The notes: generated from the letters alone by a model not told the origin. Shown: positions 1-14,387, counted from the stretch's first letter. The stretch is DNA of 64,000 bases from Azolla caroliniana (GCA_043228905.1 JBHGNT010000005.1:17732001-17796000); one strand, 5' to 3'. Program-made: numbers and translations.

Positions 1-287
1 TCAACCTAGAGACAGTAAATACGTACTTACTAGTCTTTGATTTTCAAAAGAGAGGAGTGTTTCTAGTTTACAAGAGATAGGATTTGCATGTTAAATGCTT
101 GCTCACTTCAGGGGAGATTGTGAAATTGGAAGTTATGTTTTCGTCGCATTCCATTTAATTTTGGCTGAAATACGAGTGTGGTGTTGTTCTTAGGTGAACA
201 CAGATAGTTCTTGTTTTTGGGGGGCTACAATAGTTACGTATACATATATTTTTTTAACACGGTGATAGTTGAACTTGAGACCAGCTA

Positions 288-3200
288 GTGAGTAGCGTCC
301 CAACTATCATTAGGTGCTTAGAGTTCATCTTGTGGAAGAATCAAATGAGAGATGTTTTGATTCAAAGAAGGAAATTAAGTCCATTAGGTGGCGAAGCGAA
401 ACCCCAAGGCATGTCCAATGACGATTGGGAAGAGCTTGATCTCTTGGCAATGTCTACCATAAGATTGCACCTAGCAAACAATGTATACTTCACGGTCTTG
501 GACTATGACTTGGCCGAAAAGTTATGAACTAAACTATGTAGTACTTACAAAAAAGAGACCGCATCAAATAAAGTTTATCTAATGAGAAAACATTATGATC
601 TTCAAATAAAGGACACCGATAATGTTGCCTCTCATTTGAATGACTTTGATGCACTATGGTCACAATTACAAGCTCAAAAAATGACTATGGACAATGAGCT
701 AAAATGTGTATTTCTATTATGCACTTTGCCTAGCTCATGGGACACATTTTTCACTATTGTTAGCGATAGTGCACCAAACAGGAAACTAGTCTATGATGAC
801 ATATGTGGAGCACTATTGAGCGAAGAAATTCATAGGAAATCTATGACTGCATCACATAATGGAGATGCATATAATGTGTATGAGGTTAGTTCTCACAAAA
901 ACCAACACCGTGGTCGGAGCCAAACGAGAAACAATAGTGTAAACGATAGAGGTAGAAGCAAGTCTAGGAAGAAAAACATGGAGTGTCATTATTTGTATAA
1001 AAAGGGACACCTCAAGAAAGATTGTCATGCCCTAAAAAATAAGGAAAAAGATCATGCTAAATTCAAAGGTGATGAGCATGGATGATAATCTTGTGGTCCC
1101 TCTTCCTCGGTGGAAATAGAAGAAGTAAATGCAACATGTGAAGAGACTGACATCTTGGTCTTAGATTATGTTAGGACACATGTTGGGGTGAATATGGTTT
1201 TTTCTCCATCCTATACATGGTTGTTGGACTTTGGTGCATCATTCCATGTGACTCCACACAGAGAGTGGTTCACATGTTATGAAGCCAAGTCACTTAGGAA
1301 AGTTAGACTTGGAGATTCACATTAGTGTGATGTGATTGGCATTGGAGATATCTCAATGCACTTTAGTGATGGTTCTCCTCTTACCATCAAAGATGTACGC
1401 CCTGTTCCTCAACTAAATTGTAGTCTAATGTTCGTTGGTCAGCTTGATGACAACAGCTATAAGGTGATATTTGCTTCCCAATCCTTTCGTTTAACGAAAG
1501 GAAATATGATTGTTGCAAAAGGGAACAAAGTTGGTTCCCTCTACCCTCTATTTGTTCATAAAAAAGAAAATCTGTTGGCTATCACAAACCAACCAATGAA
1601 GAGCATTTGGCATGGCCATTTAGGCCACATGTCAAGAAATGGCATGGAAATTCTATCTCATTATGGCCGCTTACCTATGTTTTCATTCTCTGATTTTTCC
1701 TTATGTGAAAATTGCCAACATGGTAAGCAAACCAAAAGTGCACATAAGACCAGTGTTAACTCATCCACTAAAGCTAATTATGTAATGGTATCAGATGCCA
1801 CAGTGAGCCTTCATGTTACAATGAAGCTATATCTACCCACGATCATGCTAAGTGGAAACAAGCTATGGAAAATGAGTTGGATAGTATCCATAAGAGTGGA
1901 ACTTGGGATTTAGTGCCTTTGCCCAAAGGTAGGAAAGCACTACCATGTAAATGGGTGTATAAGTACAAATACACATCTGATAGTGTTCTTCCCAAGTATA
2001 AAGCTCGCATTATGGCAAAAGGTTTTAAACAAGAACAATGAGTTGATTTTGATGAAATCTTCTCCCTAGTAGTCAAGATGACTTCGTTACGCATGATGCT
2101 TGCATTGGTTGCCAAAATTGATTTTGATTTATTTCAAATGGATGTAAAAACTGTTTTTTTTGCATGGTTTAGGGAGCAACCAAAGGGTTTTGAAGTTTAT
2201 CGTAAAATGCCTTTGCTACGTAAACTTGAGAAAATTTTATATGGTCTTAAGCAATCACCTTGAAAGTGGTATAAAAAAAATTGATGCTTTTATGAGGTCC
2301 CAAAGTTATGCTAGGAGTAATGAAGACTCATGCTTATATACAAAGGAATGTATAGATGACTCATATGTGATCTTGATACTTTATGTGGATGACATGCTCA
2401 TTGCCGATAAAAACTAAGTTGTCCAAACTAAATGAAATTTTGAGTCAAAGCTTCGATATAAGAAATTTTGGGAAATGCAAAACAATCCTTGGAATGCGTA
2501 TTACTCAGGATAGGAGTAATGGATGTATTTATTTGTCTCAATCTGAGTATGTATGCAAAGTACTGGAGAGGTTTAATATGGAGAGTGCAAAGGCTTTGAG
2601 CACACAATTATCTATGCATGTTAAATTGAGCAAAGATGAATGTCCCAAATCTGATAATGAAGAGGAGTTCATGAGTAAAATTCCTTACCAGTCTGTTGTT
2701 GGTAGGTAGTCTTATGTATGCTATGATAGCCACTAGGCTAGACTTTGCATTTGCAATTGGAGTTGTGAGCAGATTTTTTGTCAAACCCTGGTGAGAAACA
2801 TTGAGAAGTAGTTAAAATGATATTGAGATATCTGAGTGGCACCAAGAAAGTGTCCACTGTCTATGTTTAGGTGGAGGAAATCTATTGATTATTGGATATA
2901 CTCTGATTATGTTGGATGTTCTAACAACAGAAAGACTTCTGCGAGGTATAATTTTCAGTTTATGGAAGGTATGTTGCAGGTAGAGAAGCATGTAATGAAG
3001 TTGTATGGCTGTCTAGATTAGTTTGTGACATGGGAATACTTCAACGAGACGTCAACTTGTACCCATACTGTTTTTGTGATAGTCGGAGTGCCATTGCATT
3101 AGCGAAAAACCCAGTATACCATGCAAAAACCAAGCACATTGGAGTGCGATATCACTTCATCCGAGAATGCATAGTTGTTGGGCTACATCAGTCTTGAGAA

Positions 3201-3295
3201 CGTTGTCTCTCCACAAAATGCCATCAGATGCATTGACCAAAGCTCTATCGCATGATGCACTAGAACATTGTTGTCACTTGATGAGAGTTACTTAG
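288..3295 (+). mobile_element. Degenerate Ty1/copia internal region (gag-protease-partial integrase-RT-RNase H), many stops and frameshifts
   Basis: UBN2-type gag (LLCTLPSSWDTF), degraded zinc knuckle (CHYLYKKGHLKKDC), protease WLLDFGASFHVT, GAG-pre-integrase WHGHLGHMS, RT motifs QMDVKT, LYGLKQSP and LYVDDML, RNase H tail YHAKTKHIGVRYHFIRE. The integrase core is deleted near 1770. Confidence 0.93.
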
Positions 3296-5440
3296 CTCTT
3301 CATGTTTTATATATATATTGTAACATATTCTATCAAGTAAGATGTGTGTAGGTCTTGTACAATCTTCCGATCAGCTTTGCTGATTCTTTGTTTGGCCTTC
3401 GATGGGAAATTGATACATAGTGAGAAAGGCCAGAAAGGTATTTCTCACTATTTATCACTGAGTATATAATAAGTTAATACAAAACGAGGGTTTTTGGGTG
3501 TGCCCGCCAAAAACAATATTGAGTGTCTCTTTTTTTCTGTGTGCTTGTGTCTCTCTTTTTTTCTCTTTGTGCATTGGCAAACATTCTTTTTCATCCGAAT
3601 GCATCCGAATGCGTGTGTTATCAAACAAACGAATGCAAACCGAATGAGCCTTCCTGTGCGGTGCGGCCCTACGAGTAGCTGTGGATCACAAACCTTCCTC
3701 TCTTCCATCTCAAAGTACTGGTCTTCTCTTCCCTGTTTCTTTTCCTTCCTTCCTACCTAAAGTTTCCACTCATTTTGAGTCTTTCTTTTTTGTTTAGCAT
3801 CTCCGATCTGTTTACATATTCTTTCCATATTTCCAGTTTCTTCTTTGATAGATTTACGTTCTTTGTGTCCGCCATGTGTCTCTCAGTTCTCACCTGCTAC
3901 TGTTTTGTTCATTGCGGCTGTTATTCCTCTGCAGATCTTCCTTCTCTTCTCACTGCTCTAATTGGTCGCATATCTTCTGCAAATCAGGCTATGGAAAGGT
4001 TGGAGTCCAGGACGGTAAAACACCATTTCATTCCAAGAGGTCCTTGGGACACACACTTAAAAGGAGATCTTAGAAGCAAAACAAGAGAAGTATAGTATAG
4101 CCCAACACTAAAATTTTGTGCCTAATCTAAAATTTGGATGTACAAGAAAATTTGTTTTGTGTAAACCTTGTTTTTTGTAAAGCTTGGTCTCTAAAGTTTG
4201 TAACTGTGTTTAGCGTCGATGAGAGGAGGTTGATTTGCGAGTACAAGTGAGAGTGCAAGAAAGGGTCTTGAATCCATGAGCATTGTTCATTCCCCACATG
4301 CATGTTCGTTGCCCACAATGAAATGCTCATTTCACAAGAGCCTCTTCGATATGGCCCAGTTTGACTCCACGGTCGCCCATACTTTACAAAAAAAGGATTC
4401 CCATACACGAAGACAAGGTAGTTCTTGCGGTCATTCCACAAGAGCAACCTACCAAGGAAGTGTGCGTGGATATAATGCGCCAATGTGAGCATAAGTAACA
4501 CATGAAGGTTTTAGGAAACTCAAATTCTTCTCCAAGATCATCACATCTTCCTTGGTTTAGGTCCCCTACAATCCCTCTTGAGTAGCACACGCACACGTGT
4601 TTACATAATAATGTTGCTTTAGAGCCAATCCCTAAGGCAAACCCCCCAATCAATACTCTTCAAATGAACACACTTGACAAAAATGGTAATTTAAATACCA
4701 ACTACGTTTCAAGATCTATCACCATCAATAATTAGAGTTATGTACCTTTCATACCATCAAATAGGCGTAATGGATCAATGGTACAAGTGATTAGTAGTCA
4801 CTTTTGAAAACAACCTCTAGCCTTGTAAATGCCAATCAACTCATGGTTGTTGTTCACTTCATATGGGTCAATGACCTTGCATCAATACGATATTCTATAG
4901 TTGTTGCCAGATAAACCCATAATTGGTCTCTCTCTCTCTCTTTAGAAGCCGTTTATATATATTTCTTTCTTTCTTTCTCTCTCTCTCTCACTAAAATATT
5001 CACGTATGTTTTAACTGTCATTTTATGATTTCACGTATTCTACTTATTTAACATGTCCAAAAAGCTAAAAAACTTAAAACGATATGTTTTTTAACTTTAA
5101 AATCTAAAAAGTATTTAATGTATTTAACATATTATGCACATATTTAAAGTACTATCCACATATTCTACGTATTTAGATTAATTTATATAGAGTTTGTATT
5201 CTAAGTATTTTGTTTTAAAGATAAAATACTTAGCATACATATTCTACACGTATTGTGTGCTAAGTATTCTACGACAATGCTCCCTAAACATTTGCTACTC
5301 CCCCAAACGTATGATACTCAGGTACTCTTACATTACATATAGTTGTTGAAGAGTTTGCTTAAGTATAACTTAACATTTGGAAGAAATCAAGTCCATCAAT
5401 TTGATTTGACTAGGAAATGGGATACTTATGGTTTACATAC

Positions 5441-5524
5441 CATGTTTACACACATAAACTAGGCATAAATAAACAGAATATTTTAAGGAAAAGGTTTATG
5501 TGCCTATGTTTATGTGTGAACATG
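5441..5524. repeat. Small foldback (imperfect ~31-34 bp inverted repeat), MITE-like
   Basis: catgtttacacacataaactaggcataaataaac pairs with gtttatgtgcctatgtttatgtgtgaacatg. Confidence 0.6.
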
Positions 5525-8500
5525 TCTACGAATCAATCTATTTGTTTTATATAAACTATTCAATAGATCTTTTAGAAAATAAAACTCTCTAAGTACGATG
5601 ATTTAAGGCTAGACGGTGATAGGAGACAGATATAAACAAACATCCATGAGACTGTTCTCCTACCTTGAAAACATAAATATAAGGGCATGTGCGTAAGTTT
5701 GACTATTGTTTGTCGATACTAGTTTATCCAAATATTAATCAATTAAAGTATTTCATCGCAACTAACTCTAATAATATGCATTATCTAAGGATCAAAATTT
5801 CACACCAAATTAAAAATATTTACCATCCTTCCGCTCCATATCAACCTTACGTATATATGGTAGAGGTAGATGGTGGATATCAACCTTGTGAATTGTCGAG
5901 AAGATTTGTAAAAACTAAATAAAGTAACAAAGTATGGCAAGTGAGAAGCCATTTTGGCATTTGATGCAAATGCAATTAGACCTTTGTATATTAGAGTGTA
6001 CACGTATGTGTGCATTATGTATGTCTTTTCTTTGTATTCAGGAATAATTCGAAAGGCATAATGGTACGCTAGTAGATAAGGTCTGATGGTAAAAATAATG
6101 TGTTGACATAAAGGTGTGTTTGAAGCATGTCCTCGGTAACATTCAAGTGGTTCATGGTGACAATAATATTTGTCTAGATAGAGCACATATAATTATGAGG
6201 AAGAGATGATGACAGATGCAGTGAATGCAAAATTCATTTTGTTATCATGTGGAACATTGTATTATAATTAGCTTTAGGTTTTTTTCTTCAGTTAATTCAT
6301 AGTCAATATATTTAAGAAGGTAGAATTGTTTGTTGGCCATAGTAAACCCAAGGTAAATAAATGTCTTTAATGCGTTCGTAATGATTGGTGATGTGTCCAA
6401 TGAAGTGGAGTTACATATGATGTAGATTCCTCAAAAACCTTATTAGGATGTGTGTAACCTTATTAGTAGAAAATTTGTGACCATGGTGGCTTGGTTGTGC
6501 ATGTCTTGTCAAGATGCACAATCAATTGATGATGGTGTGGAATTAGAAGTTAAAATGAACAAAGCTCATATGGATGTATGAAAACATTGATTAATGCACG
6601 CAATGTGGGGCTAATGTTTTAAGAATAATGATTTTTTTGTGAGTTATATATATAATTTGTGTAGTGAATGATGTTGGACCAATTGATGTATAAGAACTTT
6701 TTAAGGTTATGTCTAATTATCATCTTAGCCATAGGATTCTAATTTGGCTATGATCTGTAACTGTGGTATGGCTTTTGATAGCCTTATATCTTTATAAAGA
6801 TGTATATTGTCCTAGCCTCATTGGTCACACTGTCCTCTCTGGAGACATTTATACACTTCTTCTTCTTGTTCTATATAGCTATGGAGACACAAGATCAACA
6901 CTATTCTCATTAATTGCCAGAATCAATATTTGTCTTGGTGTTGTTGGAAAACAATCAATATTCATCATTCTGTTGATCAAGAACTAAATAATGTTTTAAG
7001 AGCTCTCCAACACCTGAATTCGTTAAAGTACAAGCATTCACAAAGTGATGCCATTCATACACCTTTCTATTTATTTGTGAAAACGGTTCAAGCTATCAAC
7101 ATATTTATGAATTGATTTCTTTGGAGGATGAGAATTAGTTAATGGTCGTAGGGCACAATGCACAAAATCTACCCACTGCAAAGTACATAACTTGTCTAGA
7201 AATTGAGCTACAACTGTTTCCATTTCATGTTATGCTTCCACTATGCATGTTTGATTAATGTACATACCTATAGATACTTTGGATAAAGGAAATTGTGTCC
7301 TCTACATCTGAGTTGAAGGCTAACATGTGCCTGTCCCCACTAACTCACGTAAGAGTAGTTTTGAGGTTTTAAGTGTTGGCCGACAATTGGTAATCTCAGC
7401 TACAGTTGATTAAAAAATAAGTTGAATGGGCACAAAAACTCTAAATATTCATAAATGAAACATATTATTTGACAACATTTGAAAACTCCAATAGGTACAT
7501 ATTATTGGACAACCAAAGAAACAACATTGAAAAGTCTAAAATACTCTCCATATATCTCCCCGACTACCATCCAATTTGATTACTCTCAAGTTTTTGTTAT
7601 GCCCTCAATCTTTTTTAAATCATTAATGCCTAAATGTTCATGAAAATTTTCCTCAACAGTAACACTTATGTTTGTTTCACAAGCTCCATTCTTTGATATG
7701 ACATTTGATGACCTTCATGTTGGGGATATCCAATGTCACTCATATTGAGAACTCTTGCAACTACTAAATTTTATTTATTTATGACTGGCTAGAAGCAGCC
7801 ACAATGACCCTAATGTCCTCTATAAACATTGTTGCTCGTGAAAGTATGATGTGATCTCAATAGGGAAGAGCCAATCTGAATTAAAAGAAAAACCATAGTT
7901 GCTGGATCTACAAATTATCAATGTTTCTAATTATCGTGGTCGAGTAATTTTCCGATAAGGCAATCTTGGCATAGAGTATCTAAGGATTTAAACATTTTGA
8001 CTATGGAAATTTTGAAGGTGATCTCGGAGTGAGGTAATCTTAAGATTGACGCAAGGTGATCGTAACATCAATACTAAAAAGAGAGCAATTGAATATATTT
8101 TTTCTATAGGGAGTAGGAGTGAAACTGAAAATTAAGATCAATATTTTGTACTTATCTTGAAACTTTCATCGAGATAAAATACCTTACTCGATGCCCGTAC
8201 TATCATTTGTTTCTTATTATTGTTGTTGTTTGATTGGGTGTCATGTCAATAATCATAATATACATTGTTGTAGCCACTTCATTAAATTATAGGAATGCAT
8301 CCATCCTCTCTCTCTTTTTAGAGGTCTCAAGACTCATAGACTATGTACAAGTCATGAGTTCATGCATGTGTTCTTGCTATGGACGTTAATATACCATCCT
8401 CATCATCTCTCACTCTCATACATACAAATGGATATGCTAACAACATTGCATGCATTAATGTTCCTCTTTGAGTGTTGCCCTATCATTGACTTATTGCACC

Positions 8501-9059
8501 TTGACGATGATACACAATCCTAAGGGTATGACCTAAGTTTCATTATTAACAAATTACCATTTTATTGGTAGCACAATATGCGCTTCTTTTTGTCATGGCA
8601 CTACTTTTTAGGCTATCCCTCACATAGTAATGTGCATTGTGAATCCAACCTGTTACCTTACTCTTATGGGTCCTCATCATTATCTCCAGAGGTCTATTAA
8701 ATGGAGAGAGAGAACCATGATCATGCATGGCTGACAATGGATCGCGAATCTCAAAAAATGATGCATACCATCAGATATGTAATCAAGTAATATTACAATG
8801 GTCAAAACATGGTAGAAAGTAACCTAATTGTTCATTGCCACAACTCACATATGTTCATTTCACTTAATAATGTGTTTCAAAATATTGGCAAAAAACCTAG
8901 ATGACCATTAATTTTGTGATGTGGGCAAATGTGACTTGAATTTTGTGTTTTGTGAGAGTACTAACCAATCACTTGAATATATATTCCAACAAGTCTAAAC
9001 ATATTATGAATTACTATATCTCTAATTTGAAATCGATCACTCAGATAGTTGCAATGGTT

Positions 9060-9620
9060 TCGATTATCTTGTGACGTATCTTGAATGTTGGTCATTCATG
9101 ATTCTAGACAATAAAACTCGATTGTGGCAAGTGCAAGACTTTCTCTCACTAATAGTACGTGCATGGTTTATTTTGGTGGGATATAATGGATTGGTGCACC
9201 TTATTAGCCATGGATCACAATATCTCTCTACATTTAATTTGTCAATGGAGATAGAGATTATTGACATGAAGATATTAATTCAACGACACTTTTTTTTTTT
9301 CATATTATATCAATATGTACAAGTTCCAACCGACAAAGTTGGGGCAATCCCTTAATATTGGCTTCTTTCTAAATAGGCCTATACCTTGGGCAGATTCATT
9401 TGAGTATTAGGATAAGACAAGGTGTGTTCGGACATCCTTACATATCTCTTATCGCAACTGGTCTTGTTATGTCTTTGATATTATTTATGGATTTTCATCC
9501 CAAAATTGATGTGAAACCACCCACCATTCCTAAGTGAAGCAATAACTTATGTGCCATATAATTATACTACGAACAGATCGAGCATGATCAAGCGCATTTG
9601 CTTGAATCTTCAAACTCACA
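9060..9620 (+). mobile_element. Highly decayed Ty3/gypsy pol relic (RNase H and integrase traces)
   Basis: GLVHLISHGSQYLS resembles the gypsy RNase H HPIxYxSR motif; FGHP and FHPKID traces resemble integrase FGxP and YHPQTDG. Confidence 0.35.
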
Positions 9621-9954
9621 ACCACATTGCTATAACATGCGAACCAAAAAATCGAACACATTTGAAGTATATGACTCCATGTATGTAATTCACATCATAT
9701 TTAGTGGTATTTATCGTTGCAATTTGTTCTATGTCCAAATAAGCCATTAACAAGGCTCGATTATTTCTTCCATGGCCCGTCAGAAAGCTTTTGGGTGTCC
9801 CTCTTTGTCGTGGGTACACATGACATGTTCCCTGGGACAACGAGGGGGGCCGATGCCCATTTCCAGACAATGGCCTCTTTTGTCTCATCTGTGCCTACAC
9901 CTCATTCACGATACCTTTATGCTTGCCCTCTGGTACACATATAGTAATACCTCA

Positions 9955-10290
9955 TGGTAGATATGTATATAATCTATGCTTTTATCCCCACAAATTAAGT
10001 AACAAAACATGGGAGTTCATAATGTTGTGGTTCGTGGACACACACATATTAAGTGATACACAATCCTTCGACGAAACCCTAGGGCCCACATAATGGAATG
10101 GATGGACAATCCTTACAATCGTGTATACCCATTGGAAGTAGATATGTAGAATCTATGCTTTTATCCCCGCAAATGAAGTAACAAAAACATGGCGTCCATA
10201 ATGTCGTGGACACACACATATTAAGTGATACACAATCCTTCGACAAAACCCTAACATATAATGGGAATGGATGGACGGTCCTTAGGATCG
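9955..10290 (+). repeat. ~180-bp tandem duplication upstream of the IQD gene, containing telo-box and site II-like motifs
   Basis: gtagatatgta..aatctatgcttttatcccc..ggacacacacatattaagtgatacacaatccttcgac..aaacccta occurs twice; copy 1 has aaaccctagggccca. Confidence 0.8.
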
Positions 10291-10709
10291 AATGCCAATT
10301 GGAATAGATAATCAGATGGGATGAGGAATGGAATGGTTTGGATTGGATTGGATTGGATTGGATGTCCATCTCCATCTCCTTTGGCATGGCCACATTTAAA
10401 TCCAAAAAGAAAAAAAGAAAAAAAGAAAAAAAGAAAGACAAAAGAAAAGCTGACAGTTAAAATAAAGAGAAGGAAAGAGATGATGATGATGATGATGCAT
10501 CATGAGTTGTAGTGGTGCCATTCTAATTCATGACTTCTTCTTCTTCTCATCATTTAATGTGCATACAAGTTTTCTCTCAGAAAGTGTGTGGCCTTTCTCA
10601 TCATACCCCCTCAGATAGATAGTATTGCATGTGATTACATATATAATTATGTATGTAGCTGATTCGATTCATTCATGTCATTCTTAGCTGATTTCGTGCA
10701 TATCTAGTG

Positions 10710-13700
10710 ATGGGGAAGTCACCAGGGAAATGGATCAAAGATCTGTTATCATCAGCATCAGGGAAAGATCATTCCAGAGGTGCATCAAAGCCTAATGATA
10801 CTACAGAGGTTAGATAAGATTCAAGCCAGAATTCCTCTTTTTTTTTCTTATAGATATCTGACATGGTGATTAATTTGAAAGGTCTTTAAAGCTCTCTCTC
10901 TCTCGCTGAATCAAGAGATTTCTCTCTTGGCAGAATTTCAATAAAGACAATACTGATTCAATCTAATTTAAAGGAAAACTCACACCAAAGGATATGGATC
11001 GAAAACAAAATTCTCTCTTGCGCAATCTTCAGGAATGATTTCTGAAGATGGCATTTTGTTTATGGAAACCTTGCTCAAGATTAATGACTGTGAGATAAGA
11101 GGTCATCTTGCTTTAGAAATCTTACTCAAAAATTAATGTCTAAGAGGACTTTAGTGATTAAGAAGGCCCCTTCTTATTTAGGAAAATATTCCTATAATAT
11201 ATGATCAAGAGGGCCGATTCAAGAAATCTGGCTCATACGAAGGGGTGGTTTAAGAGAGCTTGCTGTATCTAATCAATTATAATATATATAACTGTCGTTT
11301 GTGTAAGAAATATTCTTAGTAGAAGTAAAATGATTTAACCAGTAACTTTGGTCCGAGACATATCATTTAATCAAGGATCACAAAATTCAATCAAGGATTT
11401 GTTTTCATACATGTTTAAGAACATGTATCATCATCAGTATTATTAAAGCATTTCATTCAATTGCTTCGTTAGAAATGTTGTGGTTAATGCAATAATTAAA
11501 AGGTTGTATCATAATAATAATAATAATAATTATTATTATTATTATTATAAAAACATTTCATTCAAATTGCTTTAAGAGATGCTGGTTAGTTAATCAGTTA
11601 AGAGAAGAGAGGGGAAATTTATGTGCTGAGGAAGAAATGTGTTGTGGGATTTTAGGTTTATTCTAAAGACAAGAGTAGATGGAGATTCATTCTACACAAG
11701 AAGGCTCCCGAATCAACTACTGCGTACGCAGCAAACATTGATAGCTGCCGCGATAGAGAGGAACAAGAGCCAGAGCCGAGATCAAATGCATCAAACATCA
11801 TCAATGGAGGGGACAAATATCACCATGTTATGAATAAGAGCCTCAAATTGGATGCATCACTCCGGAGAACTGCAGCTATCAAGATACAGAAAACATTCCG
11901 TGGATATTTGGTATGCATTTTTCGGGGAATTCGGTTCATATGTATATATTTTTCATGTGAACAATGGCCGCGAGTGATCAAACCAACCAACCAACCATGG
12001 TGTGAATCAAGCAAACTTTTCTGTGTCATGTTTTGGGGGGGTTTTATCAAGAAATGAAATTGGAGGTTGCTTTTCTAAAAATGTGAGGGACCATGGTATG
12101 AACCATGCCAAACTTTTTGTGCGTGTCAATGCTTTAGGGTTTAACAAGAAATTGTTGCTAAATCTAATTCACTGAGTGTTCCATCTGCCAAAAAGCTCAA
12201 TGGTATTAATCATGCCAAACTTTTTGTGTGTGTCAATGTTTTAGGGTTTAGCAAGAAATTGTTGCTAAATCTAATTCACTGAGTGATCCATCTGCTACAA
12301 AGCTCAATGATATTAATCATGCCAAACTTTGTGTCAATGTTTTTGTGTTTAACAAGAAATTGTTGTTAGAAGATCATATTCACTGAGTGTTCCATCTGTG
12401 CTAAAAAAGTTCAATGGTATTAATCATGCCCAAACTTTTTGAGTGTTCATGTTATAGGGTTTAACAATAAATTGTAGCTAAATCTAATTCACTGAATGTT
12501 CCATCTGTGCTAAAAAAAAAAAAGTTTAGGCACGGCGAGCTCTTCGAGCTCTCAAGGGCTTGGTTAGACTACAAGCTATTGTAAGGGGGCACATTGTGAG
12601 AAAGAAGGCCGGAACAACCCTGCGGTGTGTTCAATCGCTTGTCCGCGTGCAAGCCTACGCCCGTGCCAAGCGTCTTCAGGTACAAGATGCACCAAAGATT
12701 CAACCGAAAACACTGTTGACATCGGTATGTTGTTGTTCGTTCGTTCGTTTTAAATCATTTTGTTTCCTGTCCACTGGTCTCACCATAGCTAAAGCTGAGA
12801 AATTTCGTATAAAAAATTTCTATAGGAAGGTTGGATATCCAGCACTAGTACAGCGAAAGAATTGGAAGAGAAGCGTCGGAGCCGACAAGAAGCTCTGGCG
12901 AAACGTGACCGAGCGCTTGCTTATGCTTTATCATCTCAAGTGAGAACCTAAAAATTGCAGCTCAAAAATGTTCAGTTCAGATATCTGAGATAGATGGGTT
13001 CATTTTGCATGTGAATGGGCTTTGTGTATGCAAATTATATAGATCTAAATCACTATGAAGTGAAAGCAATTTTGACACACAAGTCACATACATACTTGAG
13101 ACAAAACCATAACTAAAAGCATCCATCAGGCATGAATTCTTGTAAACATGCATATCATATTTAATGCAGGATCATCATAGCTCTCAAGAGACTTCTTCAT
13201 TGAAACTGAATTCATCATGTGAAACATCATCAAATCCTCATGTAACAACAATTGACACATGCATGCATACAATTCTCATCACATCTTTTGGTACATACTG
13301 CTACCTATATAGGCTATATGTATATCAATCATCCTCTCTCTGTCTCTCTATCCATTAGTCATAATGTGCAACTAACTGGTTCCTGCAATTGATAAAAAGC
13401 ACCACACTTGGTATAATTTATGATACCTTTCTAAACCCTAAACCTAAAGCTTAAAGCCTATACCCTAAAGATTCTATCCATCTCATATTTGAATGAACTC
13501 TGAACTCTTTTATGTGGTTTATACATCATCCCTTCCTTTTTTTTGTATAGCTTCAGAGGGGACCACCACAGAAGCAAATCCCTGTAGTAGCTGCAGCAGA
13601 TGTGCAGAGGGGGAGGGTGAAGGATGAATCTCGGTTTGGATGGAGCTGGTTGGAACGGTGGATGGCCGCCCGGCCATGGGAAACTGCATACATTGACAAT

Positions 13701-14387
13701 GATGATAAAGACAACCACCATTCTGAGAGCCAAATCCAGGCATCCTCCCCAATGCTAGATCAATCCTCTTCTCAATACCATCACCATCACCATCACCATC
13801 ATCATCACATGGATGCCAATAAACCATGGCTCAACAGAAATTTACCTAATGCTCGCCCAAGAATCTCTATGTCATCATCATTACAAGAAGAAGAAGAAGA
13901 AGCAGCAGAAGCAGCAGAAGCAGCAGAAAGAGGCCCCATGGCAAGAAGCTCTCGCGTGAATTTCCATTCTGTGTTGCCCTCACAGAAAACTCTGATGCCT
14001 TCCTTCCCACCTCACCATCTATTGCAGAAAAGCAGATCTAACCCAGGAAGGATCCATGGAGAGCTTCATGATGACGATGAGGACAGATTTGTGAAGAAAC
14101 TTGTACCTTCCCTTCCTGCTCAGCCCAACCTGAACGAGAGGATGGCGTTGAAGAAGATGAAGAATCAGAGAAGTTTCTCTGGTCCGTTAATAAGTGGTGG
14201 GCCAAATTATATGGCCTCCACGGAGTCAGCCATGGCCAGAGCTCGATCCTCAAGTAACCCTAAGCTTAGGAATTCTTGTCAGGAACAGAAAGAACCTGGA
14301 ATTCTTCAATCAGCACGGAGGGCTTCTTTGCCTGTGGAGACCAGGACAAGCCACCATGCACCTTGGAGGAATTTCCATAAACCCTAA
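10710..14387 (+). CDS. IQD: IQ67-domain (IQD/SUN-like) calmodulin-binding, microtubule-associated protein, ~499 aa; exons 10710-10808, 11656-11910, 12530-12724, 12826-12939, 13551-14387
   Basis: [10 protein letters not shown] start, KDKSRWRF motif, IQ67 domain [13 protein letters not shown]^[26 protein letters not shown] split by the family's phase-0 intron, then [24 protein letters not shown] and DUF4005 [16 protein letters not shown]. All introns are GT-AG and keep frame. The exon 3 donor is less certain (alternative at 12679). Confidence 0.93.
12100..12523 (+). repeat. Four ~107-bp tandem repeats in IQD intron 2
   Basis: Unit catgccaaactttt..gggtttaacaagaaattgttgctaaatctaattcactgagtgttccatctg..aaaagctcaatggtattaat begins near 12103, 12210, 12317 and 12424. 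Confidence 0.9.

Noticed and set aside
4990-5335. acgtat-rich segment similar to the hAT MITE at 56407
   Set aside because: No TIR or TSD could be identified.
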